A stretch of 27,832 nucleotides of DNA from a virus (taxonomy: Duplodnaviria; Caudoviricetes): positions 1-27,832 of the IMG/VR virus record IMGVR_UViG_3300044300_000577; one strand, given 5' to 3'. The notes under the pieces are model-generated. The model searched no databases, had not been told where the DNA came from, and saw only the letters and a program-made list of their open reading frames with translations. This document shows, piece by piece, positions 1 to 9,070 of the stretch (its first letter is position 1; the number at the start of each line of letters is the position of its first letter). Made by a program: the position numbers and the translations under genes.

Positions 1-9
1 CATGATTTT

Positions 10-198
10 TTATTGTAAGATTAAAGTAAATATAACATAACCCATACCAGTAATCAACGCTCCAGTAGACACTAATAAGATGCTTTCTATGCGATTAATT
101 TGACGCTCAAGCTTGTGTATCTTATCATGGGTTTGCTTTTGCATAATTCTGCAAAGCTTTTCATGTTCTTCTATTTTTTGTAGTGCGTTTTTTGCCAT
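10..198 (-). CDS. Small coiled-coil protein with C-terminal transmembrane helix; putative holin / XhlA-like lysis protein (62 aa)
   Basis: ATG at 198 lies just after the stop of the 1336-aa gene and is a better start than 213. A heptad-like N-terminus is followed by hydrophobic SILLVSTGALITGMGYVIFTLILQ. A further ATG at 3..1 may start the next, truncated gene. Confidence 0.6.
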   Translation of the reverse strand: MAKNALQKIEEHEKLCRIMQKQTHDKIHKLERQINRIESILLVSTGALITGMGYVIFTLILQ

Positions 199-199
199 A

Positions 200-3100
200 T
201 TAATTACCACCAAATAGTAAAGCTATTTTTTCTGTTGTTGTCAAGTTATTATAATTGTTTTGATTTACCTGTTGCGACACTAATTGACTGTCAATATTAG
301 GTAGATTTAATGATGTAGGTGTGATAGGCGTGTCCTGCATTATTGGAAGTAAAGGATTCTCGAACACTGGTAACGAAGGTAACGCTAAAGAAACTTCTGC
401 CATTTTACTTTGTAAATCTCCAATAACATCTAACGCTTTGTCTAATGGGTCTGCTACACCCATTTTAGCGGCATTGTCAGCAAAAGCATATTGAATATCT
501 CTTGATATAGTCATTGGATTAAATAAATTATTGTCAATATCGTTAACTTCTCTGCTAGATATTCTATCAAGTGCAGAATAATAATTGTCTTCAGAAATAT
601 TAAGTAGTCTTGCAGCGTCCATGTCTTGTTTTAAAGTTTTTTTATTGTCAAACAATGCACGGTTAGCATTTATATATGCATCTACAATTTCTCTTGGTTC
701 AATTGGTCCGCCTTTTAAAGTTATTCTAGTAAATAAAGATCTTGAATCCCTTGCACCTTTTTGATAGTCAGCAACTTTAAATCTTAATCCTCTTTCAGGA
801 TTAACTCTTACTGCTCTAAAACCAAATAGTCCTGCAAACTCATCACCGAATTCAAACGTTTGTCCATAGTCATCAAACTTACCTTTCGTTAAAACATTTA
901 CAGACTCAATAGATTGGTCTAATCTTTTTAATTGATTTAATGAGAAAGGCATTTGTGCTTTAACTAAGTGAGCCATAATCTTACTTGCTTTATCTCCGTC
1001 ATTATCTTCAGGATTATAGACTTGGAATCCATCTCTTGTTCTTCCACCTCTCATAATAATATCTGAGACTGCTTCAGTCCAAATAGATTCTGATATAAAT
1101 GGTTGAGCAAACTCACTCATAGAAGTTAATACACCTCTTAATAGGTCATCCATCATACCGTCTTGGTCTGTTCTACCATCTTGAACAGCGTTAACCACAC
1201 TCTGTAATGGTCTTAATAATGTGTCGTAAGCATTAGCATGACTAAAGTCTATGTATTTAAAGCTACCATCTTCTAGTTTAATAGGAAGTATTGTAGAGTT
1301 CTTAGACCATTGAGCTACATATCTTCTGATTGCTTCTCTTTCTTCATCAGTTACATCATATAACGCCTGGAATGCTGAAACAGTTGCAGCAGGCACTGCT
1401 GCTACCGTAGTAGTAAATCCAAACAACCTTGTGTAACCTGTAGTTTGAAAAGGTTTTATTGTTCTTCCATCAGGTAATGTAATCTCTTCATTAATCTCTC
1501 TTAGTGCACGTCTAACAATGTTAACTCCTGTTCTTGCTATTTCTGCAGGGAAAGATACAAAGTTTCCTATCGGTAGTTTTCTTAATCCTTTTACAAATTC
1601 AGATACATAATCATAGTTAGGTATATTATTTTTAACTATGTCTGCGGCTTCTCTTTCTAAAAATTCTTCTGTTAGTCTTAATTCTTTTCCACCTCTTGTA
1701 AAAGATCCACCTCTTACTACACCAGCATTTCTAAACGATGCTTCTATTCTATCCTTCTCCATAGCCCATGAAAAAATTTTCCAGAAGTCATCTTCAGCCG
1801 TGTATAAATCTTGTGATACAGATTTTAATCTTGATAAAGGTCTAAGCAATGCTCTCATTCCTTTTGAAGTTGTCAATGTAGATCCAAAATCAACGTCTTC
1901 TAGTAGTCTTGTAAGGTCCCCTAGTTTTACGTTAGAGTTTACAACACCTAATTTTAAAAGCTTTTGATACAATTCATTCTGTTGTCTTGTTCCTTTAAGT
2001 CCTGTCTGTAATGCCTGGTAAGCTATCTTCATAGGGTTACCAGTAATAAATTCACCACCTACATCTATTGATACATCTTTAAGAGCTGCTGGAAAAATAC
2101 CATTGGCTGCAGCAAAAGCTCCAGCACTTACAAAGTTTCTTAAGTGTGTAACTGGTGATAAAATTGTTTTAGCAATTTGTGATAGACCTTTAGGGTACAA
2201 GATTAAACTATGATAAAGCTGTCCTAACGTTCCGGCATCCTTAATTTGTAGTCCAGTTCTCTCTAGTGCATCTGCTACTCCATTTCTTGCATAAAAAGGG
2301 CTGGCTGCATCACCAAAAGGATTTAACCCTCCTGACTGTGGTCCAGCTGTTGCAATTTTTTTACCTGTTCCTACATCTAAAGTTTTTGCTGGATCAATTA
2401 CGTCAACTCTTCTAAAAGTTTTATTTCTTGGGCTACCCCAAATTTGAATTGCTTCTGCTTCTGATCTTGCAAACATTGGTGTAGCAACTGCTGTTTTATC
2501 AGGGGCTGCTTTCCATGCCGCCATTATTTCATCGTTCTTTGTAATTAAATCTTTATAAAATAAATTACGTCTAGTTATTAAAGATAGTTTAGACATACCA
2601 CCTATAATAGTTTGCATAGGGTTATTTGTTTTACCAAACAATTCATTAAATACTTTTTTATCTGCTTCTGAAGCCAGGTTTGATATAGAAATTCTAGGAA
2701 CCCCTCCTCTTTTTGTAAATGTTTGACCCTTAACTGCATCATCTAGGGTAGTTCTGTTAACAAAAAAATCTGGCACGTTAAATAAAGCATCAGAAGGTCT
2801 GTCCATTCTAAATCCTTTAGGCATATCAGCCGTGTTCAATGCATTCTCTACCCACTTGTCAGCTTCTAGATCACTCATAGTTTTACCTGGATTAGCTGTT
2901 GCATAACTTTCTTGAAAAAGTTTTCTTGCATTTCTTATTGCTTCAGCTGCAGGTCTGTAACTATTCCATGGCATTAAGCCCTTGTTCTGAAACACATCGT
3001 ACGTTGCTCCAATATAATTTTTAAATTTACCACCGAACAGTGCTTTAAATTCTGCAATCTCTTCTTTACCTAGTGTGCCACCAAGTTCAGAAAATAAATC

Positions 3101-4210
3101 AGCCCACTTACTTCTTATGGTACTTAATCCACCTACTAAAGATGTAACAACTTCTTCTGCTTCTTCTCTGTTAGCTGCAAACTTTCTAATGGCTTCTTTT
3201 AATTGAGTTAATTTTGCTTCATCCATTTTTCCAAAGACAGTCTTACCTGCGTCATCTAGTTCAGCTTTACCAGATAACATAGTGTCGTTAACTAATTGTA
3301 AAAATTCTTTTCTTGCTTTAGTCAATGGTTGTTTGTCAAACATAGTTTTCATTGGAGGAAATAGTTTATCTATATCTACTTCCAGTTCCCTGGACAATGT
3401 TCTAGCAACATTTGCATCTGCTGATCTTGCACCAGTCATACCTCTTTCTATGTCAAAAAATTCTTGAGTCTTACCACTTCTAGCTCTGAAAGCTCCAGCT
3501 ACTTTATCAATCCATCTATCCAGTTTAGAGTTAGCTACATCTAATTGTTTGTTTCTGTTAGCTAACTTTTTAATAACTGATCCTGTGCCACCCAAAATAC
3601 CTGTGAACAATGCACCTTCAGTTCCAAACTTAACCCTGTTTAATATTTCTGTAGCTGCACTTGGATCTGCGCTTCTATCTATTCCTGTAGGACCACCTAA
3701 TAAATCTCCAAAAGATCCAACGTCTTTTACATCACCAACGAATACACCTTCTGCTAAACCACCACCTAAAGCTCCAGCAATAAATTGTCTGCCTTTACCT
3801 TTAGCTGTTAGTTCTAATGCTTCATCAGCAGCTTTAACTAAATTAGGGTTATTTAATTTTACATACTTACCATTCTTGGCTGCAAGCATAGCAGCTTTAG
3901 ACATACCACTAGCAGTTTTAAAAGCTAACCCACCAGGTACACCAATGTTAACTAATAGTTCAGTAATTTTTCCAGCGGCTGTTGCTTCTGCTTTCTCATC
4001 AAATTCTGTAAGATCATCAAACCATTGTTCAACTGCAGCCGCTTTACCACTGTTGACACCCAAGTCTAAAAGACTTGCGCCTAGAGAAAATAAACCTTTT
4101 GGAATTGCAATTAAACCTGACGCTACACCTGATAACATAGATTCAAATGTACCTACTTTATTTCCTCTTGATGATTTAGTATCTGAATTAAGCTGTGATA
4201 GACTTAGCAT
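200..4210 (-). CDS. Large internal virion / DNA-ejection protein (positional analogue of T7 gp16), 1336 aa
   Basis: Largest ORF and last of the internal-protein run, with a GGAGG RBS. Gly/Ala-rich hydrophobic N-terminal helices (GVASGLIAIPKGLFSLGASLLDLG; FIAGALGGGLAEG); mostly helical-looking sequence. Confidence 0.65.
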   Translation of the reverse strand: MLSLSQLNSDTKSSRGNKVGTFESMLSGVASGLIAIPKGLFSLGASLLDLGVNSGKAAAVEQWFDDLTEFDEKAEATAAGKITELLVNIGVPGGLAFKTASGMSKAAMLAAKNGKYVKLNNPNLVKAADEALELTAKGKGRQFIAGALGGGLAEGVFVGDVKDVGSFGDLLGGPTGIDRSADPSAATEILNRVKFGTEGALFTGILGGTGSVIKKLANRNKQLDVANSKLDRWIDKVAGAFRARSGKTQEFFDIERGMTGARSADANVARTLSRELEVDIDKLFPPMKTMFDKQPLTKARKEFLQLVNDTMLSGKAELDDAGKTVFGKMDEAKLTQLKEAIRKFAANREEAEEVVTSLVGGLSTIRSKWADLFSELGGTLGKEEIAEFKALFGGKFKNYIGATYDVFQNKGLMPWNSYRPAAEAIRNARKLFQESYATANPGKTMSDLEADKWVENALNTADMPKGFRMDRPSDALFNVPDFFVNRTTLDDAVKGQTFTKRGGVPRISISNLASEADKKVFNELFGKTNNPMQTIIGGMSKLSLITRRNLFYKDLITKNDEIMAAWKAAPDKTAVATPMFARSEAEAIQIWGSPRNKTFRRVDVIDPAKTLDVGTGKKIATAGPQSGGLNPFGDAASPFYARNGVADALERTGLQIKDAGTLGQLYHSLILYPKGLSQIAKTILSPVTHLRNFVSAGAFAAANGIFPAALKDVSIDVGGEFITGNPMKIAYQALQTGLKGTRQQNELYQKLLKLGVVNSNVKLGDLTRLLEDVDFGSTLTTSKGMRALLRPLSRLKSVSQDLYTAEDDFWKIFSWAMEKDRIEASFRNAGVVRGGSFTRGGKELRLTEEFLEREAADIVKNNIPNYDYVSEFVKGLRKLPIGNFVSFPAEIARTGVNIVRRALREINEEITLPDGRTIKPFQTTGYTRLFGFTTTVAAVPAATVSAFQALYDVTDEEREAIRRYVAQWSKNSTILPIKLEDGSFKYIDFSHANAYDTLLRPLQSVVNAVQDGRTDQDGMMDDLLRGVLTSMSEFAQPFISESIWTEAVSDIIMRGGRTRDGFQVYNPEDNDGDKASKIMAHLVKAQMPFSLNQLKRLDQSIESVNVLTKGKFDDYGQTFEFGDEFAGLFGFRAVRVNPERGLRFKVADYQKGARDSRSLFTRITLKGGPIEPREIVDAYINANRALFDNKKTLKQDMDAARLLNISEDNYYSALDRISSREVNDIDNNLFNPMTISRDIQYAFADNAAKMGVADPLDKALDVIGDLQSKMAEVSLALPSLPVFENPLLPIMQDTPITPTSLNLPNIDSQLVSQQVNQNNYNNLTTTEKIALLFGGN

Positions 4211-4218
4211 TTATCCTC

Positions 4219-5559
4219 CTAGTAATAGAAGCTTACGCCTTTATTCTCATCTATTGTTACAACTCTTTTTCCTATAACGTAGTCTCCAGGGGCTAGTTCT
4301 GTTTTTGTTAGTAGTTCTTTAGTATAATCTAATTCATCTTTACCAGGATTATCTTCTATCCACTCATTAACTTCACTTACTTTAATCATTCCTTTAGGAA
4401 TATTTCCTGTTTCACCTCTGTAAGCAATTCCTACTTTTTCTTCATCTAGTCTACCATCTTTAGCAACTATGGCTCCTAAAGTAGTGGCCATGTTATTTGA
4501 AGATTTAGTTAGTAACTTCATAGCTTCTGTAATATTTTTAGCAGCACCTGTTGCAACCATATCTTGTGCAGTTTTTAAATATGTACTTGGTTTACCTGCA
4601 GCAATGTCCGCTTCAATTTCACCTTTAAGTATAAGAGTATCGATTGCGTCTTTAGTTTTAGCTGGTTTATCAAACTGTCTACTAGTTGCTTGTATAATAT
4701 CGTTAATTAATTTACCTGATTTAATATCACCTTTAAAGTCCCCTGATTCACTTACTAATTTACTAGCATCAATTAAAGAATCGTAAGCAGCTCGCTTGTT
4801 CATGCCTTTAATATCCATGATGTCTCTGTACTTTTGAATTCTCTCTGCTCTTATTTCGTCAGCTGATTTCTGTGGTATTATTACTGGTGGATCTTCAACA
4901 ATAGTTGTGTCAGTTTCTTTTTTTTCTAATTTTTCTCTTGCTGCCTTGTCTGCAAAATATTGGTCTTGATCAAAAATAAAATCAGGCACGGCAAGATCTA
5001 GTATTTGCATCCCTGCTTTTTTATATGGTATTGATGTAAGTCCCCCAACTACAGCTGGACTAGCAACATAAGCACCACCAATTGTAGTTTTAGGATTTAA
5101 TCTTGCAAACTGTAACGCTTTATTAAATAGTCCTGCTTTTTGAGTACCCATTCCAGCAGCTATTTGTCCTTCTGTTAACTGAACACCACCCATTCCTGTC
5201 TTAGAAGGAATTCTATCTTTTGGCATATCAAGTTTGCTTCTATATTTTTTAAAAATTTTTTGTATTGGTTTAGCTTTTTTAAAAGGACTATAAAAATTTG
5301 CTAGAGCAGCACCTAATCTAGCAAAATAACCAGGATTTTTTACTGCTTGACTAGTTGTCGTTTTTGCAACGTCTACTACTGGTTTTGGATTAAATCTATA
5401 ATTTATTTGGTGATGTGCTCTTCCATTTGTTTTAGGAAATACTGGATTACCTACAAGCGCAGCTCTTCCTCCGCCTGCATGTGGTTCTCTAATACCTGAC
5501 ATGACACCTTCTTTAATAGGCCCACCGTATCTAAACATTGGTCTATGTAATGGTTTCAT
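4219..5559 (-). CDS. Putative internal virion/ejection protein, 446 aa, with N-terminal GG motifs
   Basis: Lies between ejection genes with a TAATG-coupled start. N-terminus contains MFRYGGPI and PHAGGGRA. Confidence 0.6.
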   Translation of the reverse strand: MKPLHRPMFRYGGPIKEGVMSGIREPHAGGGRAALVGNPVFPKTNGRAHHQINYRFNPKPVVDVAKTTTSQAVKNPGYFARLGAALANFYSPFKKAKPIQKIFKKYRSKLDMPKDRIPSKTGMGGVQLTEGQIAAGMGTQKAGLFNKALQFARLNPKTTIGGAYVASPAVVGGLTSIPYKKAGMQILDLAVPDFIFDQDQYFADKAAREKLEKKETDTTIVEDPPVIIPQKSADEIRAERIQKYRDIMDIKGMNKRAAYDSLIDASKLVSESGDFKGDIKSGKLINDIIQATSRQFDKPAKTKDAIDTLILKGEIEADIAAGKPSTYLKTAQDMVATGAAKNITEAMKLLTKSSNNMATTLGAIVAKDGRLDEEKVGIAYRGETGNIPKGMIKVSEVNEWIEDNPGKDELDYTKELLTKTELAPGDYVIGKRVVTIDENKGVSFYY

Positions 5560-5768
5560 TATTTTTTCCTTTTCATTGCTCTGCCAAATCCACGTTTAGC
5601 AACGCCACATCCTCTTACTCTACCACCGTCTTTTAAACCTAGAAGAGCTCTACCAATATCAGTTATTCCTTGACCTTGATTTAAAAGAAGATCATACAAA
5701 GCGCTACCACCTGTAAATCCTGTAAACCCTTTTCCAAAACCAAATTTCTTTTTTGTTTTACTAGCCAT
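5559..5768 (-). CDS. Small basic Gly-rich protein with GG motif (69 aa), probable internal virion protein
   Basis: AGGAG RBS and ATG GCT start; stop overlaps the next start. Contains LKDGGRVRG and a K/R-rich C-terminus. Confidence 0.65.
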   Translation of the reverse strand: MASKTKKKFGFGKGFTGFTGGSALYDLLLNQGQGITDIGRALLGLKDGGRVRGCGVAKRGFGRAMKRKK

Positions 5769-5777
5769 AGTTTCTCC

Positions 5778-6674
5778 TTAACTTATTAATTGTATTTGTT
5801 GAGGTTTCTGAAATATTTTTCCATACAATCCACCAAGACCCATTGCTGTGCTTAATGCAGTTTGGAAAGGACTAGATTGTTGTGGTGCTGCAAATTGTGC
5901 AGGTGCCATTCCACCAGCAAGACCAGTAATACCTGATGCATATTGTGATAGTCTTCCATAAGGTTCGTAAGCCTGTGATTGTAATTGTTGTTGCTGTGCA
6001 TTTAACAATGCTTGTTGATATCCTTGTTGCATTGAACCAAGATTTCCTAGTGCTTGTATATCTGCACCCATTCCTGTTCTTGCAAAATCAGATAAACCTA
6101 ATTGAGTTTGACCCACGCCTAATTGCTGTCTAGCAATTGCAGATTGATTTAATAAATTCTGTTGTCTTTGTCCAAGTGCATCCGTGTAACCTTGTTGTAA
6201 TAATCCTGCTCTAAGTCCAGCTCTGTTAGCTAAACTGTCAGCATCATATTGTCCAAGCATTGCACCTTCTCTTCCACCGCCAAAGTTTCCAGAAGCAACA
6301 GCAGCATCTTGAATCTCTTGTCTGCCGCCTTGTCTTGATATATCGTACTGTCTTAATGTTTCATCAATAACTGCTCCTTGATATGGAGATGTGTAATCTG
6401 TTAATTGTTGACCAGTCATTGGTCCTGTTAAAGCACCTAGTCCACCAATAGTAGTTGCTGCTTGACCTGCCGCAGTTTGCGCTGCAGATAAATAAGGTTG
6501 ATATGAACCAACACCTTGTGTTGCTAAATTATATGCTGCTGTTTGTGCAGGATCTTGTCCAGCTACAAACTGTGAACCCATAAACGTAGACGTATCAAGC
6601 GGCGCCGAGTACGTCGCCGTCATCTGACGGGCTAAATCTTTTGATGTATCCTGTAAATAATCTGGTAATGCCAT
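5778..6674 (-). CDS. DNA transfer / pilot (ejection) protein, Q/A/G-rich, 298 aa
   Basis: Pattern YTSPYQGAVID...AVASGNFGGGR, Q-rich helices and a C-terminal glycine-zipper (ALSTAMGLGGLYG) match podoviral ejection proteins. Confidence 0.65.
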   Translation of the reverse strand: MALPDYLQDTSKDLARQMTATYSAPLDTSTFMGSQFVAGQDPAQTAAYNLATQGVGSYQPYLSAAQTAAGQAATTIGGLGALTGPMTGQQLTDYTSPYQGAVIDETLRQYDISRQGGRQEIQDAAVASGNFGGGREGAMLGQYDADSLANRAGLRAGLLQQGYTDALGQRQQNLLNQSAIARQQLGVGQTQLGLSDFARTGMGADIQALGNLGSMQQGYQQALLNAQQQQLQSQAYEPYGRLSQYASGITGLAGGMAPAQFAAPQQSSPFQTALSTAMGLGGLYGKIFQKPQQIQLIS

Positions 6675-8542
6675 TATATCATCCTCGATTGTAACATTTG
6701 TTGTTGATCATACATTGCTTGCGCTCCTTCTAAGCCTTGCGACTCTTCAGAAACTTCTCCACCTTGTTCTAAGTTATCCATTAAATTTTGCATAACTTCT
6801 GAGCCTTTATCTATATCGCCGCCTCCTGCATTTCTAACAGCATCTGCAGTAAATACAAATTCATTTTTTGATAATCTAGCAGGAACATCATCTGCTCGCT
6901 CTTCTCCACCTAAATCTACAAAACCACCAGTCTCTCTATAGTCTTTTTCTTTACCACCTAGGTCAATCATTTCTTCTGCTACTTCAGTTTCCATGATTCC
7001 ACCTTCTTGTTTACCTGGTCTTTTGTACATTCTCATTGCTGCTTGTGGGTTATAAGCATATTCATCTTCGTCTTCATCCATAGATCCGCCAGCATATGCA
7101 CCTATTCTTCCACCATCAGCAAATAGTGGTTCATCAGTTTCTCCTCCTCTTATAACGTAAGGAGTTTTTAATATATCAAGAATTATATCAATAAAACCGC
7201 CTTTGTCTGCCTCTTTCCAGTCTTCTTCAGTCATGTTTTGTAAAAGGTCTTTTTGCTCATCATTCAATGGTCCAGTAGTGTATAAAAAATCAAATTTATT
7301 ACGAGGAGGTCTTTTATTATCCATTGTTAAATTTAGTAAACCTCTGTAGCCTGGTCTTGAACCATCAGCACTTGGACGTACTAATTGTCCTCCTGCATAT
7401 CCAATTCTTCCACCATTAGCAGCCATAGCTACTTCTTGTGGTTGCTCCATGCCTTGACCTTCTTGTTGCTGTTGCATAATTGCTTGTACAAATTGTTCAA
7501 AAGTTAATGTGCCACCTTGGTTTTTATATTTTACAAATTCTGCCATCAGCATTTGTTCTATTTGTTCTTGGCCTGCTTCTCCGCCATTTAATAATCCAAC
7601 TCTTCCACCTTCCCTCATCATGCTTGCAAGAATTTCATCTGCTCTATTTTTTGTTTGTGTATTATGACCTATTAAATCATAGGCCGCATTTTGTGTAGCT
7701 GGACCTAAAATAGTATTTTCTATAAGACTATTGTCTTGAACTACCTCATTTCCTTCTTCTTCAGTCTCATCTACACCAATAGGTCCATAAAAAGGTTGTC
7801 CGCCGGGTAATATATTTTTCCAATTAAACCCTTTTACAATAACCGTATTATCTAGATTACCCGTATTATCTGGTGGTGGAACTATTATGTTACCAGTGTC
7901 TCCTGATCCTGCGTCTCCACCTCTAAAATCTCCACCAGCGGTAGTTCCTGGCGACATAGCTTTTCCCTCTTTAGTGTCAGCTAAAGCTCCTTGAAAAAAT
8001 CCTTGTCTCTCAGCTCTTCCGCCATCAGCTGCGTAAAAATTTCGATTTACAAATTGTTTGTTAGGCATAAAAGATAGTGTGCTTCCTGTTGGATTTCTAT
8101 AATAATTCTGTGCTTGGTTTCTTATGTCGGCAATACTTGAAGGAACTTGTGTCCATGATTCTTCATCAACTTCTTCTTCATCACCTTTCATAAAGAAAGG
8201 TGCTGCCAATGCTGCTGCGCCTAAACCTGTAAATATTTTTTGACCAGTGCTCATTCCACCAAACATATTTTTAGCGCCACCTAAAAGATTACCAAGAAAA
8301 CCAGTTTTTTTAAATCCCATTGAAGGAGGCACGGTTCTACCAGCCATTATACCTTTAAGAAAACCTGCACCTTTCATACTTGAAAAAGGACCTGCTCCCA
8401 TACCATACATACCTAAGCCACCTAATAAAGCAGCCTTACCTAGTGGGCTTTTAACAATTTTCTTAACACCACGAACAGCTTTTTTAACTAAGCTTCCTAA
8501 TCCGTAGAGTTGTCTGGGTTCTTGCATTCTAGAAATTGCCAT
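6674..8542 (-). CDS. Modular internal virion protein, 622 aa: amphipathic N-terminus, repeated xxGGR motifs, C-terminal ADDVPARLSKNEFVFTADAV domain
   Basis: Motifs read directly from the translation. The C-terminal domain resembles the GG...(G/N)EFVF domain of tape-measure C-termini. Confidence 0.65.
   Translation of the reverse strand: MAISRMQEPRQLYGLGSLVKKAVRGVKKIVKSPLGKAALLGGLGMYGMGAGPFSSMKGAGFLKGIMAGRTVPPSMGFKKTGFLGNLLGGAKNMFGGMSTGQKIFTGLGAAALAAPFFMKGDEEEVDEESWTQVPSSIADIRNQAQNYYRNPTGSTLSFMPNKQFVNRNFYAADGGRAERQGFFQGALADTKEGKAMSPGTTAGGDFRGGDAGSGDTGNIIVPPPDNTGNLDNTVIVKGFNWKNILPGGQPFYGPIGVDETEEEGNEVVQDNSLIENTILGPATQNAAYDLIGHNTQTKNRADEILASMMREGGRVGLLNGGEAGQEQIEQMLMAEFVKYKNQGGTLTFEQFVQAIMQQQQEGQGMEQPQEVAMAANGGRIGYAGGQLVRPSADGSRPGYRGLLNLTMDNKRPPRNKFDFLYTTGPLNDEQKDLLQNMTEEDWKEADKGGFIDIILDILKTPYVIRGGETDEPLFADGGRIGAYAGGSMDEDEDEYAYNPQAAMRMYKRPGKQEGGIMETEVAEEMIDLGGKEKDYRETGGFVDLGGEERADDVPARLSKNEFVFTADAVRNAGGGDIDKGSEVMQNLMDNLEQGGEVSEESQGLEGAQAMYDQQQMLQSRMI
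7101..7421. repeat. Imperfect 21-nt direct repeat pair (7101-7121 and 7401-7421) encoding A[DN]GGRIG
   Basis: cctattcttccaccatcagca vs ccaattcttccaccattagca: 19/21 identical, in frame, 300 nt apart. Confidence 0.7.
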
Positions 8543-8561
8543 AATTTTACCTTAATCTCCT

Positions 8562-8590
8562 ACTTTACTTTGTTTTACTCATTAAATCAA
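8562..8590 (-). promoter_or_regulatory. Candidate sigma70-type promoter upstream of the internal-protein genes
   Basis: TTGATT (8590-8585), 17-nt spacer, TAAAGT (8567-8562), then AGGAG and the ATG at 8542. The AT-rich background lowers specificity. Confidence 0.35.
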
Positions 8591-8732
8591 GAGGCGGCAT
8601 GATGACCTTTACATCTTGTGCCATGTCCTCGTTCTTATAACCTTTAGATTCCCAGTCTTTTCTGTCTTTAAAAAGCTCTCCAGTTTCCTTGTGTCTATAA
8701 GTTAATTGTACTTCTGCGTTTTTTATTTCCAT
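8565..8732 (-). CDS. Small hypothetical protein (55 aa) not in the ORF track: MEIKNAEVQLTYRHKETGELFKDRKDWESKGYKNEDMAQDVKVIMPPLDLMSKTK
   Basis: Hand-translated. The ATG overlaps the previous stop (TAATG at 8732), GGAG lies upstream, and the ORF fills the gap. Confidence 0.8.
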   Translation of the reverse strand: MEIKNAEVQLTYRHKETGELFKDRKDWESKGYKNEDMAQDVKVIMPPLDLMSKTK

Positions 8733-9070
8733 TAGTCTGTTTTCTCCTTTTTAATGTTAAGATAACTAATACCAAACACCACACCATCAGACACGGTTCC
8801 TGCGGTAGTGTAGGACAATTTAGTGCCCCCTTCTACAATCAAAGGTAGGGTTAATATTTCTACACTAGCTGATGTCGCTAATGTTTGAGTATGTACTATC
8901 TCAAATGCATTGTTTTTAATTGTAACAGTAGGTGTATTAGATCCTGATTTATTAGTAACTCGTAATGACCTAACAATCACTGTTTCATTCACTCCTGGTT
9001 CTAACATATCAACAGACTCAGCTGATGTAGTTGTTTTACCATAAAATTTATATTCGTTTATTACTGCCAT
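8732..9070 (-). CDS. Small beta-rich virion structural protein (112 aa)
   Basis: TAATG coupling at both ends; beta-strand-like alternation; located downstream of the nozzle gene. Confidence 0.6.
   Translation of the reverse strand: MAVINEYKFYGKTTTSAESVDMLEPGVNETVIVRSLRVTNKSGSNTPTVTIKNNAFEIVHTQTLATSASVEILTLPLIVEGGTKLSYTTAGTVSDGVVFGISYLNIKKEKTD

Noticed and set aside
199-213. Track start at 213 for the holin-like gene
   Set aside because: It overlaps the previous gene; the ATG at 198 immediately after the upstream stop is more plausible.
3549-4277. 242-aa plus-strand ORF and the other plus-strand ORFs (e.g. 1638-1967, 4469-4786, 13864-14268, 16192-16704)
   Set aside because: They lie antisense to well-supported minus-strand genes, show no recognisable motifs, and are explained by codon bias in the shadow frame.
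6599-6632. GC-rich patch with a small hairpin (ccgtc-atct-gacgg) near the start of the 298-aa gene
   Set aside because: Short stem, no U-tract, lies within coding sequence; too weak to call a terminator or regulatory RNA.
5559-8542. Bacteriocin/RiPP double-glycine leader peptides
   Set aside because: No C39 peptidase/ABC transporter and no ELSxxEL-type leader; the context is phage structural. The GG motif is reported instead as a virion-protein tag.
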